NCBI GenBank assembly: GCA_963761335.1
Contig: CAVXGR010000021.1
Coordinates: 160,001-224,000 of the forward strand
Direction of reading: 5' to 3'
DNA length: 64,000 nucleotides
DNA from: an uncultured delta proteobacterium
Lineage (GTDB): Bacteria > Desulfobacterota > Binatia > HRBIN30 > BPIQ01
Under the pieces are notes generated by a model. That model did no database searches and had not been told where the DNA came from. It saw only the letters and a program-made list of their open reading frames with translations. This document shows positions 37,401-45,863 of this stretch, piece after piece. The translations under genes and the position numbers were made by a program. Position 1 is the first letter of the stretch; every line of letters begins with the position of its first letter.

Positions 37401-37524
37401 CGGCGTCGAACCAGTCGGTGGAAACGGCGGCGGTGAAGGATTTGTTCGCCGACCAGGCGAGCGGAACGGGTATCGCCACGGACAGGGCCGCGATCCACAG
37501 CAGGCAAAGACCTCGCTTCCGCAT
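34465..37524 (-). CDS. Large secreted repeat protein (passenger-like beta-helical repeats), TP linker, dockerin-like domain, Kazal domain
   Basis: Signal peptide; WFDAGNW; three copies of SAKxL.QR..NNQGFF..GTFRKT; GDANCDG/ADANQDGEVNADD; PVCGCDGVTYNSDC. Confidence 0.88.
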   Translation of the reverse strand: MRKRGLCLLWIAALSVAIPVPLAWSANKSFTAAVSTDWFDAGNWQPAGVPGTDDVAIVTGNTAVLTADATVGALTMTGGTITGPGTLTVNGLMTWFFGTISGSGAIDVEGGMDLGGSAKSLAQRTVNLEGGTATMKGPSFITMSAGAVFNNDATFEATNDQGLQNNQGFFGEGSFHNTGTFRKTLGNSGETVFDGVTFDNSGTVEVLSGTLRLAGGGTSSGGFSVAGTLELGGVQVFQAASSVTGDGTVRVLSGTADFLGDYAITGTTRTSNGTANYTGAITAVGSLVIGGGIANFSSGKTIQTDTMIQSGGELTGSDTVEVGDTLFWTGGTMSGSGDTVAQGGMILSGSAKTLRQRALDLDAGTAVMSGLSFIDMTDGAIFNNHATVEASDDQGSFNNQGFFTGPGMFNNFGTFRKTAGNTGETVVSGVVFNNLGSVEVLSGTLRLDAGGIANGSFAISAGGLLRLGGSQVLQASSSVSGAGAVLFLNGTSQIGGTYAVSGETNVSGAEVSFSGAPSQVGALVVAGGQADFSSGQAVTATSLRQSGGTLTGSDTITVTGTVTWTAGAMSGSGTLNAEGSMDLSGSAKTLDQRTVNLNGGMAVMSGPSFIDMSGDAVFKNNGTFETSDDQGLFNNQGFFQGPGAFVNDGTFRKTAGNSGETVFQGVGFTNTGTVEALSGMLRFTDTYVQTAGVTRVDGGTLASVEDVQILGGELDGVGAVAAPVQNGGRVQPGFPLGALAVSNYTQQAGGTLAIELGGTEPGTGYDRLAVSNGAALDGTLQVRLRDGFTPMPGDVFDVVTYTAHTGDFAAVDADLLPGNLSFEVQSGPGSVRLLVVGGGTETPTEAPTALPTAAFTETPTGATPEPSHTATGTPPPTATPTPTPTVTPAGPGDANCDGRITAADETALVLSIVTGTQFPCRLADANQDGEVNADDFPALTGAIFPQVCGGFAGIVCPADAFCELPPGMCAANDLFGTCVEKPVFCVQVFAPVCGCDGVTYNSDCARQDAGVSKSHDGTC

Positions 37525-37676
37525 CGGACACCGCCTTTCCGCCGCCGCCCCGGCCGGCGGACGAGAGTCGGTTTATTCCCAGCGCGGCGAGATTGTCAAC
37601 GCGCTTTTCACGGTGGCGTTTTTCGAATTTACTTCCCGGCGGCGTCGGGTGTAGGGTCGCACGGGATGGAGGCCTC

Positions 37677-39143
37677 ATGACGAACGCCTACCAGCGACTT
37701 TCCGGACAGGACAGCTCCTTCCTCGTTTTCGAGGGACCGACCACCCACATGCACGTCGGCGGCGTGGCGATCTTCGACGCGAAGCCGCTGCGCACCGCCG
37801 CGGGCGGCGTCGACATCGGCCGCATTGCCGCCTACATCGAGTCGCGCCTGGCCTGGATCCCGCGCTACCGCCAGCGCCTGGCGTTCACTCCCCTCGAGAA
37901 CGCGCCGGTGTGGGTCGACGACGCGCATTTCAATCTGCGCTACCACCTGCGTCACACGAGCCTGCCGCGGCCGGGTGATGAGGCGCAGCTCAAGCTTCTG
38001 GCGGCTCGCATCATGTCCCAGCAGCTCGACCGCGGAAAACCCCTGTGGGAGGCGTGGATCGTCGAGGGCCTCGAGGGCGATCGCTTCGCGCTGCTCAGCA
38101 AGGCGCATCACTGCATGGTGGACGGGATCGGCAGCGTCGACCTGATCACGGTGTTGCTGCGGCCGACTCCCGATACCGATTTCGAGGAGCCGCCTCCCTG
38201 GCGGCCGCGCCCGATGCCGGCGCAGCTCGAGCTCTTGCAGGACGCGGTGGCGCGACGGGCACGGGCGCCGCTCGAGCTCTGGCAGGGATTGCGCGGCGCT
38301 CTGGCCGACCCGCAGGAGTCGCGCACCTGGCTCGCCGAGCGTGTCTCGGCGGCCTGGAGCATGATCGGCGCCGGGCTGCGACCGCCGGCGGCGACACCGC
38401 TCAACCAGCCGATCGGCCCGCACCGGCGCTTCGACTGGCTGATGCTCGACCTTGCCGAGGTGAAGCGCGTCAAGAGCGTTCTCGGCGGCACGGTGAACGA
38501 CGTCGTGTTGGCCGTCGTCGCCGGGGCGCTGCGGCGTTTCCTGGGCGACCGCGGCGTCGACGTCGGTGCGATCGACTACCGCGTCGTGCTCCCGGTCAGC
38601 CGCCGCCCGGACGAAGATCGCGGCACCTTGGGCAACCGGGTATCCGCCTGGCTGACGTCGCTGCCGATCCAGGAGCGGGATCCGCGCCGGCGTCTCGAGA
38701 AGGTGTGCGCGATCACCGCGCAGCTGAAGGAGTCGAAGCAGGCGTTGGGCGCCGAGGCGCTGACCCAGGTGGGCGAGTGGGTCGGCACGGGAATCCTCAC
38801 CCTCGGTGTTCGCCTGGCGGCGCGGCTGCACCCCTACAACCTGATCGTCACCAACGTCCCCGGGCCGCAGTTCCCCTTCTATCTGCTCGGCGCCGAGATG
38901 GTCGCCGGCTATCCCGAGGTGCCGCTCTTCGACAACCAAGGGCTGGGCATCGCTCTGTTCAGCTATGCCGGCAAGCTGTGCTGGGGGTTCAACGCCGACT
39001 TCGACCTGCTGCCCGATCTCGCCGAGCTGGTGCGGCGGGTTGCCGAATCGTTCGACGAGTTGCGAGCCGCCGCGGCGCCGCCGCAGCGACACCCCGCCGC
39101 CGCCAAGTCGCGCCGCGCCCGCAAGAAGAGCAGCGCCGCTTGA
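37677..39143 (+). CDS. Wax ester synthase/diacylglycerol acyltransferase (WS/DGAT)
   Basis: HMHVG, LDRGKPLWE, HHCMVDG, TNVPGP; GGAGG RBS. Confidence 0.94.
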   Translation: MTNAYQRLSGQDSSFLVFEGPTTHMHVGGVAIFDAKPLRTAAGGVDIGRIAAYIESRLAWIPRYRQRLAFTPLENAPVWVDDAHFNLRYHLRHTSLPRPGDEAQLKLLAARIMSQQLDRGKPLWEAWIVEGLEGDRFALLSKAHHCMVDGIGSVDLITVLLRPTPDTDFEEPPPWRPRPMPAQLELLQDAVARRARAPLELWQGLRGALADPQESRTWLAERVSAAWSMIGAGLRPPAATPLNQPIGPHRRFDWLMLDLAEVKRVKSVLGGTVNDVVLAVVAGALRRFLGDRGVDVGAIDYRVVLPVSRRPDEDRGTLGNRVSAWLTSLPIQERDPRRRLEKVCAITAQLKESKQALGAEALTQVGEWVGTGILTLGVRLAARLHPYNLIVTNVPGPQFPFYLLGAEMVAGYPEVPLFDNQGLGIALFSYAGKLCWGFNADFDLLPDLAELVRRVAESFDELRAAAAPPQRHPAAAKSRRARKKSSAA

Positions 39144-39289
39144 AGTTTTCCGGATTTTCGAGCTGGCTTTGCCCAACGGGATGCGTGTTGGCTGCGGGCG
39201 GGTTGTTGGTTGTTGCGTTGTTCGGTTGTTAGGTCAGTTCACCCATTCTTGCCAACAACCAACAACGTAGCAACCTGACAACCTTCGGC

Positions 39290-40561
39290 TCACGCGGCGG
39301 CGCCGCTGGTGTCGGCCTGCCGCTGGCGGAGGTGGCGGCTGTAGATGAAGGCGAGGAAGCGCTCGACGCCGTGCACGGCGAAGGCGGTGCGCACCGACGG
39401 AAAGATCTCGAAGGCGTGCTGCGCGCCCGCGAGCTCGACGTAGACCACCGGCTCTCTCGATGCGCTGCGCAAGGCGCTGCAGAAGCGCCGCGCCTCCTCC
39501 ACCGGCACCAGGGTGTCGAGGTCGCCGTGGAGGACGAAGAAGGGCGGAGCGGCGGGATGCACGCGGCTCATCGGCGACGCCTTCTCATACGCCGCCGGCT
39601 GCTCGGCGATCGACGCCTTCATCACCCGCTTCTCGAGCAGCTCGGCGAGCCCCTGGTTGTGCCAGACGCCGTGGCGGTTGGTGAAGTCGTAGACGCCGTA
39701 GAAGGCGACGCATCCCTGCACCGAGGTATCGGTGTCCTCGAACCCCGGCTGGTACTCGGGGTCGTTGCTGGTCAGTGCCACCAGCGAGCCGAGGTGGCCG
39801 CCGGCGGAGCCGCCGGTGACCACGAGGAAGTCGGGATCGGCGCCGTGCTGCGCGCCCTCCGTGCGGATCCAACGAATCGCCTCCTTGAGGTCGATGAGCT
39901 GTTCCGGGAAGGTGGCGTGCGGGCTCAAGCGGTAGTCGACGCTGATACAGGTCCAACCGCGCGAGGCCATGTGCAGCATCAAGGGAATGCCCTGCTGGTT
40001 CTTGCTGCCCAGGACCCAGCCGCCGCCGTGGATCTGCATCAGTGTCGGCGAGCGCTCGGGGCGCCCGCGGTGACGGTACACGTCGAGCTTCAGGTTCAGA
40101 CCGGCGACCCGCCTGTAGACGATGTCACGCTGCCGCTCGACGTCGGGATGGCGCATGGGAAAGGGCATGAGGATCTGCTTCCAGTCGATCGACGGCGCGA
40201 AGCGGGCGCTGATGTCGGGGAGAATGCGCTCGCGGTAGTCCGTCCCGAGACCCTCCTCGAGGGCTCTCGCGACCAGCTCCTCGGAGGCGTGCCCACGCCA
40301 GTAGCAGCGCAGCAGGCCCACCCACGATAGCAGGGTGATCCCCAGCCCGATCCAGCCGGGCCAACTGCGCAGCGCTCCCGCCCAGATGAACAGCAGCGTC
40401 AGCGCCACCTGCCAGGCGATGTGGTGCAGAGCCAGCTCCGTGGTCAACCACCCCGCGAAAAAGCTCAGAACGGCGCTCGGCGCCGGAGCATAACGGGGCC
40501 GGTAGGCGTTGTAGGTGAAGCAGGCGCCGATCAGGCTGACGAAAAGAAAGAGCCAGGGCAT
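39290..40561 (-). CDS. Membrane-anchored alpha/beta hydrolase (HSL-like esterase)
   Basis: HGGGW, GGSAGG nucleophile elbow, HGDLDTLVP, QHAFE; N-terminal TMs. Confidence 0.9.
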   Translation of the reverse strand: MPWLFLFVSLIGACFTYNAYRPRYAPAPSAVLSFFAGWLTTELALHHIAWQVALTLLFIWAGALRSWPGWIGLGITLLSWVGLLRCYWRGHASEELVARALEEGLGTDYRERILPDISARFAPSIDWKQILMPFPMRHPDVERQRDIVYRRVAGLNLKLDVYRHRGRPERSPTLMQIHGGGWVLGSKNQQGIPLMLHMASRGWTCISVDYRLSPHATFPEQLIDLKEAIRWIRTEGAQHGADPDFLVVTGGSAGGHLGSLVALTSNDPEYQPGFEDTDTSVQGCVAFYGVYDFTNRHGVWHNQGLAELLEKRVMKASIAEQPAAYEKASPMSRVHPAAPPFFVLHGDLDTLVPVEEARRFCSALRSASREPVVYVELAGAQHAFEIFPSVRTAFAVHGVERFLAFIYSRHLRQRQADTSGAAA

Positions 40562-40586
40562 CTTCGCTTCCGCGGCGGCCGGGGCT

Positions 40587-40790
40587 TCAGTCCTTGGCGA
40601 CCATCACCGAGGTCGCCTTGACCACCGCCCGGGCGCTGTCGCCGACGGCGAGCTTCATCTGCTCGGCGGAGCCGCGGGTGATCACGGCCACCAGCTCCTG
40701 CCCGCCGATGTCGAGCACCACCTCGGCCATGACGTTGCCGAGCTTCACCGACTTCACCTTGCCTCTCAGTTGGTTCCGAGCACTCAGCAC
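40587..40790 (-). CDS. TOBE/Mop molybdate-binding protein
   Basis: LSARNQLRGKV...VKATSVM; GAGGAGG RBS before GTG. Confidence 0.9.
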   Translation of the reverse strand: MLSARNQLRGKVKSVKLGNVMAEVVLDIGGQELVAVITRGSAEQMKLAVGDSARAVVKATSVMVAKD

Positions 40791-40892
40791 GAAGCACCTC
40801 CTCGCATGGCGGCATCTTATCCGATGATGTCGTGCTGATGCGAGTTCCGTATCGATGGACTTTCTCAAAAGGCCTCGGATAAGCTCCCCTGC

Positions 40893-42248
40893 GTGACCTG
40901 GCTGATGACCACCTCGCGCGTCCCCACCTCTCTCGAGGAGGTGAGCGTGCGCGGAGAGGAGGTCGAGCCCGCCGCGGTTGGCGCCGAGGCGGCCGGGGTC
41001 GAAGGTATCTGGCAGGCGGTGGAGCGGCTCTACCGCAGTGGCATTCATCCGGCGATCCAGGTGTGCGTCCGCCGCCACGGCCAGATCGTCCTCGATCGCG
41101 CCATCGGCTACGCCCGCGGCAACGGGCCCAACGATCCGCCCGAGGCGAAGAAGGTGCCGGTCGCTCTCGACACGCCGTTCACGATCTTTTCCGCCTCCAA
41201 GGCGGTCACGGCGATGGTCGTGCACCTGCTCGATCAGAAGAACCTGATTCGCCTCGACGATCCGGTGTGCGAGTACATTCCCGAGTTCGGGGTGCGCCGG
41301 AAGCAGTGGATCACCATCCGCCACGTGCTCGCCCATCGCGCCGGCATACCGAGCCTGCCGCCGGACGTCATGCAGCTCGATCGCCTGCGCGACTGGGACG
41401 GCATCGTTCAGCGGCTCTGCGAGGCCGAGCCGACGTGGCGCGCGGGGCGGCAGCTCGCCTATCACGCGATGACCGGCGGCTTCCTCCTCGGCGAGGTTGT
41501 GCGCCGGGTTACCGGGGACGACATCCGCACTGTGCTCGACCGCGAGATCCGCCGTCCCCTGCGGCTGCGCTGGCTCGGCTACGGCGTCCACGGCCGCGAG
41601 CTGGCGAAGGTGGCCCACAACTACTTCACCGGTCCGCCGCCGCTGCCGCCGCTGTCGACCGTCCTGCAGCGGGCCCTGGGCGTCGGCTTTCGCCAGGCAG
41701 CGGAGATGTCCAACGACCGGCGCTTCCTCGAGGGAATCGTTCCCTCCGGCAACGTCGTCACCACGGCGCGCGAGCTCAGCCGCTTCTACGAGATGCTGCT
41801 GAACGGCGGAGAGGTCGACGGCGTCCGCATCTTCGATCGGCGCACCATTCGCCGGGCGATCTCGGAGCAGTCGTATCTCGAGTTCGACCTCACGATCGGC
41901 CTGCCGCTGCGCTACGGGATGGGCTTCATGCTCGGCGGCAAGTGGCTGGGCCCCTACGGGCCCGACACGCAGTACGCCTTCGGACATCTGGGCTTCACCA
42001 ACATCGTCTCCTGGGCGGATCCCGAGCGCGGTCTGGCGGCGGCGATTCTGACCAGCGGCAAGCCGCTGCTCTATCCGCAGCTCTATTATGCCCTCGACGT
42101 GCTCTGGCAGATCGGGCGGGTCTTCACCAAGGAGACCGGTCAGCCGCTGCGCGGCGCCGTCCGGCGGCGCGCCCAGGCACGTTCTCGCGGAGGCCGCCGC
42201 CGCCGTCCCGGAGCAGCGGCAGCAGCTCGGTCACGTCGGCAGCGCTGA
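40893..42248 (+). CDS. Serine hydrolase (beta-lactamase class C-like esterase)
   Basis: FSASK, LAHRAG, YH, FGHLG; start uncertain. Confidence 0.88.
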   Translation: MTWLMTTSRVPTSLEEVSVRGEEVEPAAVGAEAAGVEGIWQAVERLYRSGIHPAIQVCVRRHGQIVLDRAIGYARGNGPNDPPEAKKVPVALDTPFTIFSASKAVTAMVVHLLDQKNLIRLDDPVCEYIPEFGVRRKQWITIRHVLAHRAGIPSLPPDVMQLDRLRDWDGIVQRLCEAEPTWRAGRQLAYHAMTGGFLLGEVVRRVTGDDIRTVLDREIRRPLRLRWLGYGVHGRELAKVAHNYFTGPPPLPPLSTVLQRALGVGFRQAAEMSNDRRFLEGIVPSGNVVTTARELSRFYEMLLNGGEVDGVRIFDRRTIRRAISEQSYLEFDLTIGLPLRYGMGFMLGGKWLGPYGPDTQYAFGHLGFTNIVSWADPERGLAAAILTSGKPLLYPQLYYALDVLWQIGRVFTKETGQPLRGAVRRRAQARSRGGRRRRPGAAAAARSRRQR

Positions 42249-44025
42249 CCGTGCCGTCTTGGTTCACGTCTGGAGCAACTGCAGCCTGCGGCTGAAAGAG
42301 CGCCTGTAGCAGCGTCTCGAGGTCGGCGCCGTCGACGGTGCCGCTGCCGTCGACGTCGCCGCGCAGCGGCGTCGCCTCGGGGGAGGCGCTCGGCGTCGCC
42401 GAGCTCTCGGGCGTCTGTGTCGGCGGGGCGGTGATCGTCGGCGAACCGGTTGCAGTGGCGGAGGTGGTTGCGGTGCTCTCCGGAGTCGCCGGAACCGTCG
42501 GCGAGGGCGACGACGAGAGGCTCGGTGTCGGTGAGGCGGTCGCCACCGCCGAGAAGGTCGCAGTGGAATCGGGAGTGGCGCTCTTGGTGGCGGACGGCGT
42601 CGATGTGGTGCTGGCGGTGGCGGTGGCGGTGGCAGTGGCGGTGGCACTGCGGCTCGGGCTCGGCGACGGAGTCGTGTTGGACGTCGCCGTCGGTGTCGCG
42701 GTGGCGACCGAGGTCGCGGAGGTCGTGCGGGTCGCCGTTGCCGCGGTGGTGCGGGTCCGAGTGATCGTCGCCGGAGGCGTGGCCGTGGTCGTGGGGATCG
42801 GCGTTGCCGTGCGGGAGGCCGTCGGCGTGATCGTCGGTGTCCGGGTCGCGGTAGGGGTCGCGGTGGGTGTAACCGTCGCGGTCGGGGAGGCGGTCGCCGT
42901 GCGCGTGCGCGTTGCGGTGGGTGTCTGCGTCGCCGTACGGGTGGCGGTTGCCGTCTGTGTGACTGTCGGCGTGACGGTCGCCGTGGGCGTGGCGGCAGCA
43001 CAGCCCGGAGCCATGGCAATGCCCAGGGGCGCCGTACCGACGTCGATCGTTTTGAGGACCGTTCTGGTCGCCGTGTCGATCACCGAGACGGTGTTGGATT
43101 CGGCGTTGCTGACGTAGGCGAAGGCGCCGTCGGCGCGGAAGGCGACGTCGACCGGTCCGCTGCCGACGGGGATAACGGTGACCACGTCTCCACTGCTGGT
43201 GTCGATTACGGTGACCGTGCCCGAGTCGGCGTTGGTCACGTAGGCAGAGGCGCCGTCTGGAGAGAAGGCGACGCCGATCGGGCTGGCCTGTGTCGGGATG
43301 TTGCTCATCGACGTGCCTGTGGCCGTATCGACCACGCTGAGGTTGCCATCGACGATCAGATTCGGGTCGGCGACACAGTTGGCGTTGAAGCCGCACTGGT
43401 TGGTGACGTAGGCGAGTGGCAGGGTCGGGTGGACGGCGATCCCCTGTGGCAGGAGGCCCACGTCGATCGCCGCCGCGGTGCTGCGATCGGCAGTGTGGAT
43501 CGGAGTGACGGTTCCCGACAGGCAGGAGTCGGGATCATCGCCGCAGGCGTTGGTGACGAACGCCGTGGCGCCGTCCGGCGAGAAGGCGACGGCGATCGGG
43601 ATTGTGCCGACCGCGATCAGCGGTCCGGGGGTGTTGGTATCGACGTCGATGACGGCAACGGCGTCGGCCATGGGCAGGGTGACGTAGGCGACGCCGCCTC
43701 CGGGACGCAGGGCAATATTGGAGGGCCGGTCGGTGAGCAGGATCTCGGCGATCGCGGCGCGCGTCACGGTGTCGACCACGGAGACGCTGTCGGCGTCGAA
43801 GTTGGTGACGTACAGCCGGCTGCCATCGGCGTTGGGGGCGATATCCACCGGCACGTGCGGCGTGTCGATGGTGTCGACGACCGTGTTGTCGCTTGCGGCG
43901 ATCACGGAAATCGAGTCGAGATTGGCGACGAACACGCACTCGTCGGCGCTCGCCGCCGCCGGGCAGACGAGAATCACCACCGCCAGCGCCAGGACTTCAC
44001 GCGCCGCTCTCCGATGTCTGCGCAT
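42124..44025 (-). CDS. Secreted YVTN-repeat beta-propeller with long Thr/Pro/Ala linker and dockerin-like C-terminus
   Basis: Signal peptide; repeated YVTN..S.SV.D; GDVDGSGTVDGAD/PDVNQDGTVSAAD. Confidence 0.88.
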   Translation of the reverse strand: MRRHRRAAREVLALAVVILVCPAAASADECVFVANLDSISVIAASDNTVVDTIDTPHVPVDIAPNADGSRLYVTNFDADSVSVVDTVTRAAIAEILLTDRPSNIALRPGGGVAYVTLPMADAVAVIDVDTNTPGPLIAVGTIPIAVAFSPDGATAFVTNACGDDPDSCLSGTVTPIHTADRSTAAAIDVGLLPQGIAVHPTLPLAYVTNQCGFNANCVADPNLIVDGNLSVVDTATGTSMSNIPTQASPIGVAFSPDGASAYVTNADSGTVTVIDTSSGDVVTVIPVGSGPVDVAFRADGAFAYVSNAESNTVSVIDTATRTVLKTIDVGTAPLGIAMAPGCAAATPTATVTPTVTQTATATRTATQTPTATRTRTATASPTATVTPTATPTATRTPTITPTASRTATPIPTTTATPPATITRTRTTAATATRTTSATSVATATPTATSNTTPSPSPSRSATATATATATASTTSTPSATKSATPDSTATFSAVATASPTPSLSSSPSPTVPATPESTATTSATATGSPTITAPPTQTPESSATPSASPEATPLRGDVDGSGTVDGADLETLLQALFQPQAAVAPDVNQDGTVSAADVTELLPLLRDGGGGLRENVPGRAAGRRRAAADRSPW

Positions 44026-44096
44026 GGGAAGGCGGTGCCCGGGAGCGCCATCGCCTGCTCGCTTTCCGCGGCCGGGCGGACGCTGCCGGGAGTAGC

Positions 44097-44528
44097 CTAT
44101 TCCGCCGTGAGTGCCTGGCGGATCGTCTGCAGGATGAAGAGGAAGTCCCGCTGGCTCTGCACCGGTCCCAGCAAGGCGACCTTTTCGAGGGCACTGAGCT
44201 CGCCGCGGGTGATGCCATGCCGGGTGTGCAGGCGCCGGTTTCCCTTGAAGCGGTCCCAGGCGGAGCGATCGACGTCGCGGTCGGGCGCGACCACCTGGCG
44301 CACTTGCGGGTTGGCGATCAGGAAGAGCTCCTGGGCATCGAGGTCGAGAGCCTTGGCCAGCCGCAGGAGGAGCGCCGGGCTCGGCCGGCGCGCTCCCGAT
44401 TCGAGATAGCCGATATAGTTGGGCCGGCAGCCAGCGCGCGAGGCCACTTCGACCTGCGTCATCTCCAGCTGGCGCCGCCGGCGCTTGAGTACGGATCCGA
44501 GAGTTAGCTTCTGTCGCGAGCCTGCCAT
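44097..44528 (-). CDS. XRE/Cro-C1 HTH regulator with C-terminal helical domain
   Basis: LKRRRRQLEMTQVEVA...YIGYLESGARRPS; ATG overlaps upstream TAA (TAATG). Confidence 0.9.
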   Translation of the reverse strand: MAGSRQKLTLGSVLKRRRRQLEMTQVEVASRAGCRPNYIGYLESGARRPSPALLLRLAKALDLDAQELFLIANPQVRQVVAPDRDVDRSAWDRFKGNRRLHTRHGITRGELSALEKVALLGPVQSQRDFLFILQTIRQALTAE

Positions 44529-45304
44529 TAGATACCCACCACGTGAAGGGCTGCTGCCCTGACTTTTGCGAAGTGAATCATACTGGACATGTAATAGAAA
44601 CGACGAGCTACGGGAAGTCCACTTGCCGCACTCAGATCGGCGCCATAGTGCCGGCTCAGGTGCTGTTGCACGGCGGCGACTCCATCCGCCCCCTTCTCTT
44701 TCAGTCCGCTGAAGTTGCGCGGCCAGCCGCGGCGGGTGAAGAGCTCGCGGGCGGCGTCCGCGGGGTAGGCGGCGACGGTGGCAAAGACGTCGGCGAAGAG
44801 CTCTCGGGGATCGCGCAGGTGGGCGGCGAACTCGGCATTGTAGAACGGTTTCGTACCGGACGCCCGCGGACGGAGAACGTCGTCCCAGAGCGCGTGCCCG
44901 ACCTCGTGCCCGAGGGTTGCGGCCACTGCTGTGGGCACGTGGCCGACGTTGAGCCAGATCAGTCGATCGCCGGAGTCGTGATGGTAGAAGCCGCGCAGCG
45001 GATGCCCTGCCTTCCCGTACCGGCTCATGCGCACCTGCACCTGATGGCAGGCGACGCGCTCCACGGTGTCGTCGAACTGGAGCGGTTGCCGGTTGAATTC
45101 CGGGAAGACCTTGCGGGCCTCTTCCTCGAGCCGGACGAGCGGCAGATCGCCGGCGCGGGCGAAGCGATCGACCGCCGCGGCGTAGTCGGACCCCAGGATC
45201 CAGCGCAGATCGCGCAGCCGCGCCTTCCACGACGCCGAGGGGCGCGGGCGAAAAGCGAAGGCGCGCAGGATATCGTTGATCAGATCGTCGACGTCGGCTG
45301 CCAA
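44528..45304 (-). CDS. IrrE/ImmA-like zinc metallopeptidase
   Basis: LRGFY...IWLN...TLGHEVGH (HExxH)...ELFADVFA; GGGAG RBS before TTG 45304. Confidence 0.78.
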   Translation of the reverse strand: MAADVDDLINDILRAFAFRPRPSASWKARLRDLRWILGSDYAAAVDRFARAGDLPLVRLEEEARKVFPEFNRQPLQFDDTVERVACHQVQVRMSRYGKAGHPLRGFYHHDSGDRLIWLNVGHVPTAVAATLGHEVGHALWDDVLRPRASGTKPFYNAEFAAHLRDPRELFADVFATVAAYPADAARELFTRRGWPRNFSGLKEKGADGVAAVQQHLSRHYGADLSAASGLPVARRFYYMSSMIHFAKVRAAALHVVGI

Positions 45305-45368
45305 CTGCGTCTCCCGAGAACCGCCTGGGCGGCGGCAGCAGAGGTTTAGGGCTGGCGCCGGCGATCTG

Positions 45369-45632
45369 TCAAGACGAGCTGTCCGTCTCCGCCTCCCGGC
45401 CGACGACCGGCGGCTCTCGACGCGCCCCGAGGCGGAGCCCGAGAGAGATGAGCTCTTCGGAAAGGACCTCGAACCGACTGCGCAGCTCATCGGAAGTGGA
45501 ACGGTTGGCGAGGGAGCGAATGCGGTTGGCGGTTTCGCGGAGCCGGAAGATGACCATGCCGACCAGCTCGCGCTCGTCGATGGTGGGCTCGTTCATGGAT
45601 GATCCACCCGGTGGCTCAGCTGTGACAGCCAT
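45369..45632 (-). CDS. Small helical hypothetical protein
   Basis: Coding-like composition; GAGGGG RBS and promoter upstream; alternative start 45596. Confidence 0.6.
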   Translation of the reverse strand: MAVTAEPPGGSSMNEPTIDERELVGMVIFRLRETANRIRSLANRSTSDELRSRFEVLSEELISLGLRLGARREPPVVGREAETDSSS

Positions 45633-45643
45633 TCACCCCTCGT

Positions 45644-45679
45644 GATGCCTACGGTAGCGGGAGATGTTGGCATCGTCAA
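45644..45679 (-). promoter_or_regulatory. Sigma70 promoter TTGACG-N17-TACCGT with GATGCC/GGCATC inverted repeat
   Basis: -35 at 45674-45679, -10 at 45651-45656; IR arms 45644-45649 and 45669-45674. Confidence 0.6.
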
Positions 45680-45863
45680 GCGAGGGGCTCTCCGCGGCCG
45701 TTGTCGGTCACCTTGAGCTCGTCGCCGAGGATCGACAGGTCGTTGACGCTACGTCGCCGCGCAGCCGCTTGCGGCCGGGACGGCCGCGCTCCGAAGAAAG
45801 AGCGGAGGCGGCCGCTCCCAGCGGCTGGCGGGTGTGTAAGCGCGATGCTAATCCCACTGCTGG

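Noticed and set aside
42400..43000. CRISPR-like or tandem DNA repeats
   Set aside because: Periodicity comes from Thr/Pro/Ala linker codons; no repeat-spacer structure or cas genes
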